NCBI GenBank assembly: GCA_042572165.1
Contig: JBHPFF010000001.1
Location: 10,770-74,769 of the forward strand
From: Candidatus Latescibacterota bacterium
GTDB taxonomy: Bacteria; Latescibacterota; Latescibacteria; Latescibacterales; Latescibacteraceae
Length of the DNA stretch: 64,000 nt
Direction of reading: 5' to 3'
Made by a program: the position numbers and the translations under genes. The notes beneath the pieces were generated by a model. That model was not told the origin of the DNA. It was given only the letters and a program-made list of their open reading frames with translations, and searched no databases. How positions within the stretch are numbered: the stretch's first letter is position 1; the number at the start of each line of letters is the position of its first letter. This document shows positions 19,529-28,936 of the stretch, one piece after another.

Positions 19529-20809
19529 TTAGTTTATTTTTTCATCGATAAAAAGTTCTTTAATAGACTCAACAAGCCGGTCTCGCACTTCTCCCGATTC
19601 GGAAGTTCTCATTGTGATAGTAGGATTGTGAAGGATTTTTCTCACAATACGGCGGGTTACAAGATTAATAGCCTCATAGGTTTCAGCACTCACTCTATTG
19701 TTGATTATTTTGAGTTCTTCCAGACGAATATTTTCGCATTTTTTGCGAAGATTATTGATTACTGGAATAACCTCGCGCTCCTCAAGCCATGTGCAGTAAT
19801 CATCAATCTTTTCCCCGATAATTTCTTTTGCCTTCACGGCCTCGGTTTTTCTTCGATCACGGTTTCCCACTGTCACATCCTCGAGATTATCAATGTTAAA
19901 TAAATGAGTGTTTTTTATTTCAGCCACATCAGGTTCAATATTCCTCGGAACACCAAGATCGATAAGGACAAGTGGATTCCCATTACGATGTTTGATATTC
20001 TTAATCAGAAGATTTTTTGTAATTAACGGAAGCCTTGAAGCAGCGGAGGTGATAATTATATCCACGTTGTCGAATATTTCAGCCATACTCTCAAATGGTA
20101 TGATTTTCCCTGACAATTCTTCAGCCAATTCATTTGCGCGTTCGGATGTTCTGTTTGTTATGTAGAGTTCTTTAATACCGTTATCAACCAGTTGTTTTGC
20201 ACATATTTTCCCGATTTTGCCGGCTCCGACCAGAAGAACTTTCCGTTTTTCGAGCCCGCCAAAAATCTTTTTCCCTAACAAAACTGCTGCTGAACTGACA
20301 GAAACGATACCTTCGCTGATTGAAGTTTTGTTTCTTATCAGCTTTCCAACCTGAAATGCCTGATGGAAAAGCCGGTTAAGAACCGAACCTGTGCATCCGG
20401 TTTCACAGGCTTTAGCATATGAATATTTTATCTGTCCGAATATTTGCGTTTCACCCAGTATCATTGACTCAAGACCGCTTGTTACATTAAAGAGATGTTC
20501 TATAACCTTATTCCCTGTATAGAAGAAAAAGTGCCTGAGAAAAGCTTCCTCCATACCCGATACCTCGAGGATGTAGCGATTTATTTCCTCACGTACTTCA
20601 TCAGGCGGTTTGCAGATAAATGCATAAATTTCCGTACGGTTGCAGGTCGAAACAACCACGCATTCGCGTATACCGTTTAAATTATGGATCTCTTTCAGTG
20701 CCGCAGAGATACTTTCTTTGTTGAACGAAAACCTTTCGCGAATTTCAACCGGTGCGGTTTTATATGAAATCCCTATAAGGATAAAGTTTTCTTTGCGCAA
20801 TCTAACCAT
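19529..20809 (-). CDS. hemA: glutamyl-tRNA reductase
   Basis: N-terminus ILIGISYKTAPVEIRERFSF, active-site region VVSTCNRTEIY and NADPH-binding VLLVGAGKIGKICAKQL. 426 aa. Confidence 0.9.
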   Translation of the reverse strand: MVRLRKENFILIGISYKTAPVEIRERFSFNKESISAALKEIHNLNGIRECVVVSTCNRTEIYAFICKPPDEVREEINRYILEVSGMEEAFLRHFFFYTGNKVIEHLFNVTSGLESMILGETQIFGQIKYSYAKACETGCTGSVLNRLFHQAFQVGKLIRNKTSISEGIVSVSSAAVLLGKKIFGGLEKRKVLLVGAGKIGKICAKQLVDNGIKELYITNRTSERANELAEELSGKIIPFESMAEIFDNVDIIITSAASRLPLITKNLLIKNIKHRNGNPLVLIDLGVPRNIEPDVAEIKNTHLFNIDNLEDVTVGNRDRRKTEAVKAKEIIGEKIDDYCTWLEEREVIPVINNLRKKCENIRLEELKIINNRVSAETYEAINLVTRRIVRKILHNPTITMRTSESGEVRDRLVESIKELFIDEKIN

Positions 20810-20978
20810 ATTTCAAATTTCCTGTAATATCTGACACTTGGTCATTTTTTTAGCGGGTGAGGAACCGAAAGATTATATACGGCTCCTCAACCCGTATAAA
20901 ACAAACATCAACAAAATTATGTGTACCTGTTTGCTTACCTTAGAGATACACATCCCTTTTTAAAAGGGTAGTCAAGAG

Positions 20979-22004
20979 TTATTTAAGCGATTCAATGGAG
21001 TTCGTCAGCAACGCTTTCACATATTTAGGATTGTGAACTCCATCGCTCCTGTCCTCCAAACACATCTGGTAATTCATCCTTGCACCAGCAACGTCTGAAG
21101 AATAGGTTCCGGTGACAGCACTGCCGCCTTCTTCTGTCATTATACCTGCTGTAATGAGTAGTGCCGCAAGTTCTGAAAGCAACTCCTCGACTTCCGTTTG
21201 AGCATCATTTAAATCAAACGACTCGAGATCAGCATGACACGACACGCAGCCTGCTACATTAGGTTCAATTGTACCATGATAATCATACCCCGTCTTCATG
21301 GTATGTCCGCCGGCCTGAACACCGTACGGTGTCGCCATGTGGCAGGTCGGGCAGCCATCGGTTATCATGGTCGTATGCGCTGAATTCGTATACGACTCAG
21401 GGCCGCTGACTTCGTAAGCGCCGAAACCGGCCAGAATATTACCCTGCGGGCCGTGATGTGCCCCGAAGCGTGATGAAGTTACTTCATAATCACCACCGCC
21501 TACCGCAAGCGTGTAACCATAATCTCTCGCCTGATGACAGGTAGCACAAAGACTGCCCTTGCCAAAGTCTACGGTTGTTGAAGCACCCATCATACTGCTT
21601 ACCATGTCAATAGAACCAGTAACAACCACGTCATAATCTGTCTCGTCATAATTAGTATGGATGTTATGGCAGGTACGGCAATTGGGTTGCGTAGGATTCA
21701 CGATACCTGTAACTTCTTTACCGGCAACGTGCTGCCTGAATCCTTCACTTGTATGACATAGAGCACAACTCGCTGATCCACCTCGTTCAGAATTGCCAGC
21801 TGTTGCATGAGTCGATGCCTGATATTGGCTCTGTCTGGCAAGAAGTTCAGTAGAAACGCTGTGACAGGTTCCACATAAGCCCGTTCCATCGGCGCCATCT
21901 TCTCCTGTCGGTCCTTGCTCTCCTTCACATCCGAGAAACAATGAAACGACACAAACCAGGAAAACCCAGGCGAACACAATTGAGATAGCTTTTGTTTTTT
22001 TCAT
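20979..22004 (-). CDS. hexaheme c-type cytochrome lipoprotein
   Basis: Signal peptide with lipobox LFLGC. Six CxxCH motifs (CGTCH, CALCH, CRTCH, CATCH, CPTCH, CVSCH). 341 aa. Confidence 0.85.
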   Translation of the reverse strand: MKKTKAISIVFAWVFLVCVVSLFLGCEGEQGPTGEDGADGTGLCGTCHSVSTELLARQSQYQASTHATAGNSERGGSASCALCHTSEGFRQHVAGKEVTGIVNPTQPNCRTCHNIHTNYDETDYDVVVTGSIDMVSSMMGASTTVDFGKGSLCATCHQARDYGYTLAVGGGDYEVTSSRFGAHHGPQGNILAGFGAYEVSGPESYTNSAHTTMITDGCPTCHMATPYGVQAGGHTMKTGYDYHGTIEPNVAGCVSCHADLESFDLNDAQTEVEELLSELAALLITAGIMTEEGGSAVTGTYSSDVAGARMNYQMCLEDRSDGVHNPKYVKALLTNSIESLK

Positions 22005-22110
22005 TAGCTTCCCCTTTCGTTAAAAGATTAATAAAATTGAGACAGTTTTTGTTTTTTTCAATAGTTTCCCCTTACATTTAAAGATTGAACTAAATTTTTT
22101 ATGAACGTTT

Positions 22111-22430
22111 TTATGCAGGAAAATTGTGTGCCATTGTTCTAATAGGAAGTTTCACATCGTAATGCTGCACAATCGCTTCCTGAACGGCTTTCCGTGTCCT
22201 CAGTGCAAACGGTAGTTTCAAATGATCGGGCGTTTTATCCACGAGCATATGCTGAATACTCCTTTCCTGCTCGCGGTCAAGTCTCCGCTTTTGCACATGA
22301 CGACGACCCCGCTTCTTTACTTTCAGGCCATTCATGCCTTCTCGACGATAGCTTATCCACCAACGCACTACTGATGTGCGGGATACCTAAATTATGCTAC
22401 ATATTTACTCGCCGGCTTAATAGTATTTCT
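22111..22430 (-). mobile_element. IS630-family element 5' fragment (transposase N-terminal HTH ~85 codons, rest deleted)
   Basis: The ORF 22111..22368 contains ...DKTPDHLKLPFALRTRKAVQEAI, the conserved N-terminal motif of IS630 transposases. Its flanks match the copy at 15045..15385, including cgccggcttaatagtat. Confidence 0.6.
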
Positions 22431-22516
22431 TTATGGACAAGATATAACTTTGGGTGAAAAATATTCAGCCAAAATACATATCTAACACTTTAGTATTTAT
22501 TAAGTAATGAGTCACA

Positions 22517-22533
22517 TTGTGAAAATATTCACA
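22517..22533. promoter_or_regulatory. Rex operator-like palindrome TTGTGAAAATATTCACA
   Basis: Matches the Rex consensus TTGTGAA-N4-TTCACAA at 16 of 18 positions. Lies between the GlcD-like gene and the IS630 fragment, upstream (minus-strand sense) of the cytochrome/hemA genes. Confidence 0.5.
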
Positions 22534-22948
22534 TGCAAAGATATATAAATACTTACTGGTTTCGACTATTTTCGGAAAAATATATGTTGTGTGGTCACTC
22601 AAGTCAAGACATTATTTACTTTTTTTCATTCAAATAATGCGTCCCCGATAAAACATTATTAATTATTAGTATGTCGATTATATATGTGATATTATGCTTC
22701 AAAACTTATATTATGGAAAAAGAAGGACCCCCACTTTAATTTCCCCCTAACAGGGGGGATACCGAAGGCAGGGGGATTCAAAAAGTACTCATTGTGATAA
22801 AAAAATGCAACTTGTTTAATTGCCGGAATAATAGTTCTCATCCGGAAATTGCCAATTTTGAGGCATGAAAGATACGAAATCCATTTTGCGAAAGTGGTGC
22901 AGATAAAGACCATGTTCGCTTTCTGATTCAAAGTCTACCTAAGTCGTT

Positions 22949-24406
22949 TTACACATCAAAAATCTTACCCGGATTCAGGATGTTATTGGGGTCAACAGCA
23001 CGTTTGATCTTTCGCATAAACTCAAGCTCAGCTTCTGTTGAAAATATTGGCATAAACTTTTTGCGTTTATGGCCAATACCGTGCTCACCAGAAATTGTCC
23101 CGCCAAGATTTTTTGCGGCTATATACAAATCTTTTTGTACACGAGGAAGTTTTCTATTCCAATCCCCATCAGTATTTTTTGGATTTTTTACAATATTTGT
23201 ATGTAAATTGCCATCCCCAGCATGACCATGGATCACAATCTGCATGTTATGTTTTTTTGATATTTTTTCGATTTCAGATATAAGGTCGGGGATTTGCGCT
23301 ATAGGGACAACAATATCTTCGATACTTTCATAGCGGTTGTAATTTCTCCTGGCCTCCCCAAGATTGCGTCGAATTCTCCATAATCTCTCCTGAGTTGTGT
23401 AATTATCGGCAACATACACTTCCTGAGCTCCATTATCCATACATAAGTTTCCAATAGTATCATATTCTTTTTCGACCACCTGTTCATCGCTCCCATCAAC
23501 TTCAATAAGCAACATGGCACCAGAGTTTTCGTAAGGTATATTTTCGTTAAGATACTTGCACGCGTAATGTATACTTATATAATCCATAAACTCAATAGTG
23601 GTAGGAATAATGCCGCACTGTGTCATGATTTTTGGGACGATCTCAATGGCACTCTTAACATCAGGAAAAAGAACAAATAAATCAACCTTTGCTTTTGGAA
23701 GTGGAAGAAGCTTGATAATTACTTTGGTTATGATTCCAAGAGTCCCTTCGGAACCAACCAGGAATGATCTCAGGTTGTAGCCGGTAACATCTTTTACCCT
23801 CTTCCCACCTACCTCGACTATTTCTCCGGTTGGCGTAACAAATTCCAAACCAATTATGTACCGTTCGGTTACCCCATATTTTACTGCTTTACCTCCACCT
23901 GCGTTTTCAGCAACATTACCACCGATAAAACAGGTTTCAACACTCATAGGATAACCGGCAAAGTAAAGTCCCCTATTTTTTACTTTTTCATTTAATTCAT
24001 TTGTTACAACGCCGGGTTCTACAACTGCCATCATATTCTGCTCATCTATCTCAATAATCTTATTCATTCTTTCAACAGATAACACAACACCACCAAATAT
24101 GGGAACTGCTCCTCCGGAAAGACCACTGCCCGCTCCCCGAGGTGTTACAGGAAATAACTTATCATTTGCAAGTTTAACAATTTCAGCGATTTCTCCGACA
24201 GTTTTCGGTTTAATAACTACTTCTGGCATGTGTGCATATTTTTCTTCGGGTATTTCATCATGGGAATACGGTTCCTTCTTTTCTTTGTCGGTAATGACAA
24301 ATTGATCCCCAACGATATCTCTAAGCCTTTTAAGAACAACCTGATCTATCTTATTATATTGGATTTTTACCATTTTATTATCCTTTTTTTCTTTTATCAA
24401 TATCAT
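22949..24406 (-). CDS. FAD-linked oxidase (GlcD / D-lactate dehydrogenase family)
   Basis: FAD-binding PCMH-type motifs (VTPRGAGSGLSGGAVP). C-terminal FAD-oxidase_C region (EHGIGHKRKKFM). Probable start MVKIQYN near 24373. Confidence 0.85.
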   Translation of the reverse strand: MILIKEKKDNKMVKIQYNKIDQVVLKRLRDIVGDQFVITDKEKKEPYSHDEIPEEKYAHMPEVVIKPKTVGEIAEIVKLANDKLFPVTPRGAGSGLSGGAVPIFGGVVLSVERMNKIIEIDEQNMMAVVEPGVVTNELNEKVKNRGLYFAGYPMSVETCFIGGNVAENAGGGKAVKYGVTERYIIGLEFVTPTGEIVEVGGKRVKDVTGYNLRSFLVGSEGTLGIITKVIIKLLPLPKAKVDLFVLFPDVKSAIEIVPKIMTQCGIIPTTIEFMDYISIHYACKYLNENIPYENSGAMLLIEVDGSDEQVVEKEYDTIGNLCMDNGAQEVYVADNYTTQERLWRIRRNLGEARRNYNRYESIEDIVVPIAQIPDLISEIEKISKKHNMQIVIHGHAGDGNLHTNIVKNPKNTDGDWNRKLPRVQKDLYIAAKNLGGTISGEHGIGHKRKKFMPIFSTEAELEFMRKIKRAVDPNNILNPGKIFDV

Positions 24407-25076
24407 TGATTCGCTTCGATATTACATCAAAATAATTGTCTATTTTTCAAATGAATGCAACCTTTTTCTGATATCAGCCAATTATGGGTAATGTTTTGCA
24501 TGTTTAGATTACACTGGTTACTAATTTTTCTTACAATCAAATCATCTGCTGAGAGTTTCCAGAGCAATACGGTCACTGCGATAAGTCAGAGTAACGACAC
24601 GGACGTCCTCGCCATGGATATGGGTTTTGATCGGGCTCTCATATGTGATGTCAAACGACTACATAAAACTTTACGAATAAATATACGCTATTACTTACAG
24701 CTCAACCATAACTTATATGAGTGTAAAAAAGGTGGATGGTCAGCTAATTATTTTTCTTGACAATGAGGTATTCTTCTATTTATAATTATCGGATTATAAT
24801 TATCGGAAATGTTTTAAGAGATATCCGGAAGATTTTGAGGAAAGTTTTAGCTCGATTAATTAATAAACTTTGTTTTTTCGTGCAAAGAAACTAAGTCAAA
24901 AATAAAATAAATAATTATTTATCAATTAATTACAAGAAGAATATTTAATGGTTGTGTTTGTATCAAGATTATTCAAAAAATTCTTTATTTGCATGAATCT
25001 GCCAAATCTTCGGATATCTGCTTTCTATTCAAAATTTGTGAATTCAGGTTAGATAATAAGTTTTTTTATTTAATAG

Positions 25077-25092
25077 TGTGATAAATTTCACA
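25077..25092. promoter_or_regulatory. Rex operator-like palindrome TGTGATAAATTTCACA immediately upstream of rex
   Basis: TGTGA-N6-TCACA spacing identical to Rex boxes, about 25 nt upstream of the rex start. A partial half-site TTTGTGAATTCA lies at about 25032-25046. Confidence 0.55.
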
Positions 25093-25114
25093 GGTAGAGA
25101 ATTTGATAAGGAAT

Positions 25115-25786
25115 ATGAAAAAGATTGCGGAAGCAACTATTGTTAGGTTATCAATTTACAACCGCACTCTTCATAAGCTGGAAAGAGAAGGAGTGGAAAT
25201 TATTTCCTCATTTGAAATGGGGGATAAAATTGGGTTTAGTGCAGCTCAGATACGAAAGGATTTGTCCTTTTTTGGTGATTTTGGTGAGACAGGAAAAGGT
25301 TATTATGTGAGGGATTTAATAAATGCTATTTCACGAATCTTAGGAGTTGATAGGAAGTGGGATGTGGTATTAGTAGGTGCAGGTAATTTGGGGGCGGCTT
25401 TGTTTTATTATCCAGAATTTGGAGACCGGGGATTTAATATTGTAGTTGTTTTTGATAATGATCTTCGCAAGATTGGAAAGAGATTGGAGAATATTGTTAT
25501 ACAGGATATATCTGAATTACCTAAAACAGTTAAGGAACTTAACATAAGAATTGGGATTATTACTGTACCCGCACAAGTTTCTCAAGGGATTGCTAATTTG
25601 CTTACCTCTTCCGGGGTAAGGGCAATCTTAAACTTTGCTCCGTCCGTGATTACTGTTCCCGAAGGTATGGAACTACGCAATGTCGGCCCTTGCACGAAAT
25701 TAGAAAGTCTCACTTACTTCTTAACCAATGATGCAAAGGTGAGGACTGATGTTTTTATGAAAACAGAGAATAGCAGCGGATATTGA
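25115..25786 (+). CDS. rex: redox-sensing transcriptional repressor Rex
   Basis: N-terminal winged helix (RLSIYNRTLHKLEREG...SSFEMGDKIGFSAAQIRKDLSFFG). Rossmann fold VVLVGAGNLGAAL. 224 aa. Only 11 bp separate it from the rnfC-like gene. Confidence 0.9.
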   Translation: MKKIAEATIVRLSIYNRTLHKLEREGVEIISSFEMGDKIGFSAAQIRKDLSFFGDFGETGKGYYVRDLINAISRILGVDRKWDVVLVGAGNLGAALFYYPEFGDRGFNIVVVFDNDLRKIGKRLENIVIQDISELPKTVKELNIRIGIITVPAQVSQGIANLLTSSGVRAILNFAPSVITVPEGMELRNVGPCTKLESLTYFLTNDAKVRTDVFMKTENSSGY

Positions 25787-25797
25787 GGATATAGTAT

Positions 25798-27192
25798 ATG
25801 GGAATTTTTACTAAAACGAAATTTCAGGGCGGATATAAATTCAAAAACTTTGAAGGCGCAGCCAAACCGGTTTTGCATGAAATGCCCGTGCCTGAAAAAA
25901 TTGATATCCCCCTTTCAGATATTTTTTCGGATACTTTTGTACTTGCAGTCAGAGAGGGCGATACACTGCGTGCCGGGGATAGAATCATCAAATCGAACAA
26001 CGATTCAAAAGTTTCGCTTATTTCTCCTGTCAACGGTACTGTTTCAAAAGTCAACTCAGATAGAATTATTATTGCATCCGATGGGTCTTCAAATATTAAC
26101 CCTTTAAATGGCCATAAAGAAAACCCCTGGCATTTGGACCGTTCTGAAGTTTTCGATATTTTCTGTGAAACAGGATGCTCATTATTGTGCAGCAACCAAT
26201 TTACTTCAGTAAGCGACTGCGATAAAATCAAATATATTATTATTAATGCGGTTCATAACTCTCCCTTGAACCAGTCATGGATGCCTGATATAATCGGAAA
26301 CAGCGTTATTTTTTCACATGGTCTGAGAACCGTGAACGCATTATTCCCCGAGGCAGAAACAGTTATTGCGATAAACAACAGGAACAGAAAGTACTTTGAT
26401 GCTCCCGAAATAAAAGAGCATGCAAAAATCAAAATCATGTCGGACCGTTATCCCCAGGAACATCCCGAACTTCTTTCGAGGGATACGGTGAATAGAGGGC
26501 TCGTTTCCACGGATGGTGAAAGTGATGATTCAATCCTTATAATGCACTTTTCCGATGTTGTTCACATTGCCGAAGTCATGACACAGGGACGCCCCTTAGT
26601 TGACAGGATTCTTATGATCGCCGGTCCCGGAGTTTCCGAACCCGGGTGGTACCGCGTTCGAATTGGAACGACCCTTGAAGAAATAAAAAAGCAGCTTTTA
26701 AAAAGCGATATTAATAGCCCCTGGAGAATAATAAGGGGGAATCCGCTTTTAGGCGAAGGATTACAATCGCTTGATACATCAATTCTGCCTTCCGACAGTG
26801 AAATATCAGTAATCCGCGAACATGCGACCAGGGAATTATTCAGTTTCATGCGGCCAGGATTCGCTGCTGACAGCTATACAAAATTCACTGTTGCGGAACT
26901 TATTCCTCTGTTTACCAAGAAGCTTGAAACAAATCTTCATGGCGGTGTTCGCCCTTGCGTACAGTGCAATTACTGCGATCAAGTCTGTCCGGTAGATATA
27001 TATCCTTTTCTGATATGGAAGCATGTAAAGGTGAATGAGATTGAGGAGAGTTTCCGGTTCAGGCCTTATAAATGTATTGAATGTGGGTTGTGCGATTATG
27101 TATGTCCATCAAAGATTGATATTTTACAATCAGTTATAAATGCCAAAGATGAGTATCGGAAGCTGAGGAGTGCTGATGAACTTTCTGATTGA
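25798..27192 (+). CDS. rnfC: RnfC-like subunit (C-terminal 2x[4Fe-4S]; canonical NADH/FMN-binding glycine motifs not recognisable)
   Basis: RnfC N-terminal barrel-sandwich region (VREGDTLRAGDRIIKSN...VNGTVSKV). C-terminal CVQCNYCDQVCP and CIECGLCDYVCP. No GGAGFP-type motif can be found in the middle domain. Confidence 0.7.
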   Translation: MGIFTKTKFQGGYKFKNFEGAAKPVLHEMPVPEKIDIPLSDIFSDTFVLAVREGDTLRAGDRIIKSNNDSKVSLISPVNGTVSKVNSDRIIIASDGSSNINPLNGHKENPWHLDRSEVFDIFCETGCSLLCSNQFTSVSDCDKIKYIIINAVHNSPLNQSWMPDIIGNSVIFSHGLRTVNALFPEAETVIAINNRNRKYFDAPEIKEHAKIKIMSDRYPQEHPELLSRDTVNRGLVSTDGESDDSILIMHFSDVVHIAEVMTQGRPLVDRILMIAGPGVSEPGWYRVRIGTTLEEIKKQLLKSDINSPWRIIRGNPLLGEGLQSLDTSILPSDSEISVIREHATRELFSFMRPGFAADSYTKFTVAELIPLFTKKLETNLHGGVRPCVQCNYCDQVCPVDIYPFLIWKHVKVNEIEESFRFRPYKCIECGLCDYVCPSKIDILQSVINAKDEYRKLRSADELSD

Positions 27193-28258
27193 TCGTTTCA
27201 GGGAAATAATCGAATACTATGACGAGAAGTTTGAACACACAAAGTTCAGACCCGCAATGGATACCGTGTCAACATTCTTTTTCTCCCTCAAAACGGTTAC
27301 ACCGCTTTCAGGTCCTCATATCAGGGATAGTTCAGATCTTAAACGTTACATGTTACCTGTAATGTTTGCTGCCGCACCGACAGTGTTGGCATCCATTTAC
27401 TTTTTCGGATGGCGATCTCTTGCTGTCCTGATTTTGAGTTATGTTGTCGGGATTTTCATTGAACTTGGCTTTGCGATACACAATAATGATGAAGTAACTG
27501 AAGGTATGTTTGTCACCTGCATGCTCTACCCCATGATACTACCACCGACAATACCGTTCTGGATGGCTGCTGTCGGCATAGCGGTGGGCATTATCATTGG
27601 TAAAGAAGTATTTGGAGGAACAGGTAAAAACATATTTAATCCGGCAATTGTCGGGAGAGTATTCCTCGCGGTCACATTTCCCGTTGAAATGGCATCGAAA
27701 TGGGTTACGCCGTACAACGGACTTATGGGAGGACTCGTACACTGGGGGAAATCCGGAGATGCGGTGACTGCTGCATCACCTCTTATCGATTTCAAAGGCG
27801 GTGAGACGGCAGCCAGATTATTTGACATGTTTATTGGAAATACGAGCGGTTCACTGGGAGAAACCTCAGCAATTCTCATTATTCTTGGCGGTATATTTCT
27901 TATTTTTACACGGGTCAGTAACTGGCGACTTCCGCTTTCAACCATACTGTCCGCTATAATATTAGCAGCAATTATGAATGCTGCAAATCCCGAAGAATTT
28001 GCTTCGCCACTCTATCATCTGGCCGGTGGAGGCCTTCTTTTCGGAGCGTTTTTCATGGTCACCGATCCTGTCACAAGCCCGTTCACTAATATCGGAAAAT
28101 GGATTTACGGGATATTGATTGGCATCATAATCATTGTTATTAGGAATATGTCGGGTTATCCAGAAGGTACGATGTTTGCCATATTGCTTATGAATATATT
28201 TTCACCTATAATCGATGATGCCGTTTTGGCGTTTAAATTCAGAAAGGCAGGTGAATGA
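27170..28258 (+). CDS. rnfD: Rnf complex subunit D (NqrB family)
   Basis: Polytopic membrane protein. FNPAIVGRVFL. C-terminal FMVTDPVTSPFT, the FMN-attachment Thr region conserved in RnfD/NqrB. Confidence 0.85.
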   Translation: MLMNFLIDRFREIIEYYDEKFEHTKFRPAMDTVSTFFFSLKTVTPLSGPHIRDSSDLKRYMLPVMFAAAPTVLASIYFFGWRSLAVLILSYVVGIFIELGFAIHNNDEVTEGMFVTCMLYPMILPPTIPFWMAAVGIAVGIIIGKEVFGGTGKNIFNPAIVGRVFLAVTFPVEMASKWVTPYNGLMGGLVHWGKSGDAVTAASPLIDFKGGETAARLFDMFIGNTSGSLGETSAILIILGGIFLIFTRVSNWRLPLSTILSAIILAAIMNAANPEEFASPLYHLAGGGLLFGAFFMVTDPVTSPFTNIGKWIYGILIGIIIIVIRNMSGYPEGTMFAILLMNIFSPIIDDAVLAFKFRKAGE

Positions 28259-28833
28259 TGAACAGCCGCGCATGGATGATAGGATTGCTGATTATCATGG
28301 CTATCGTGTGCTCATCATCGCTTGCACTGGTGAATAACATTACTTCCCCGATTATAGAAAAAAATAATGAAATCAAGTATATGCGGACAGTTTTGGATGT
28401 ATTTGATTTGCCTTATGACAGCGAAAACGACGATTCGATTATAGGTAATTTCGAAAAAAACATCGAGGATATAGAAGAACAGGGATTAGTGATGTTTAAA
28501 GAAATTGAAACAGGCAGCATTGCTGTTTCTGTCGAAGGGGGCGGTTTTCAGGGGAATATTTCCATTGTAGTTGCTCTCGATAGTGATACAATTAAAGGTT
28601 TTAAGGTTGTGGCTCAGGAGGAAACACCAGGGCTTGGCGGACGGATCTCGGAAGAAGGTTTTCAGAATTCGTTTGTCGGCAAGAAGGTTTCCGGAGGTAT
28701 CCGCATGACACGGTCGGGAAATGCGGGGACAGACGAATTTGATGCGATTGCAGGTGCAACCGAAACATCCCGTGCCGTTGAGAAGATTTTGAACAGCGGT
28801 TTCGAAAGGTATTTTGAAGTTGTTAAAAAATAA
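28255..28833 (+). CDS. rnfG: Rnf complex subunit G (NqrC family, FMN-binding)
   Basis: N-terminal TM anchor. FMN_bind motif FDAIAGATETSRAV ((S/T)GAT flavinylation site). 192 aa. Confidence 0.85.
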   Translation: MMNSRAWMIGLLIIMAIVCSSSLALVNNITSPIIEKNNEIKYMRTVLDVFDLPYDSENDDSIIGNFEKNIEDIEEQGLVMFKEIETGSIAVSVEGGGFQGNISIVVALDSDTIKGFKVVAQEETPGLGGRISEEGFQNSFVGKKVSGGIRMTRSGNAGTDEFDAIAGATETSRAVEKILNSGFERYFEVVKK

Positions 28834-28936
28834 ATTGCAGAGTTACAGAGTGGCAGGGTGAAAATAAGAGGGACAGAGCATAAGGTATAAAGTAGAAGTA
28901 AAGACTTGCATTTTGAATTAAAACACGGAATTTAAC

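Noticed and set aside
22750-22780. CCCCCTAACAGGGGGG hairpin as an intrinsic terminator for the GlcD-like gene
   Set aside because: No adjacent T-run on the relevant (minus) strand. It is GC-rich but lacks terminator context, and it overlaps a doubtful 79-aa ORF.
22692-22931. 79-aa minus-strand ORF between the GlcD-like gene and the Rex box
   Set aside because: No RBS and an odd composition. It lies in an AT-rich intergenic region with regulatory elements and is probably non-coding.
24455-24760. 101-aa plus-strand ORF in the GlcD-like/rex intergenic region
   Set aside because: No recognisable motifs, weak start context, and located in the divergent promoter region. Treated as non-coding.
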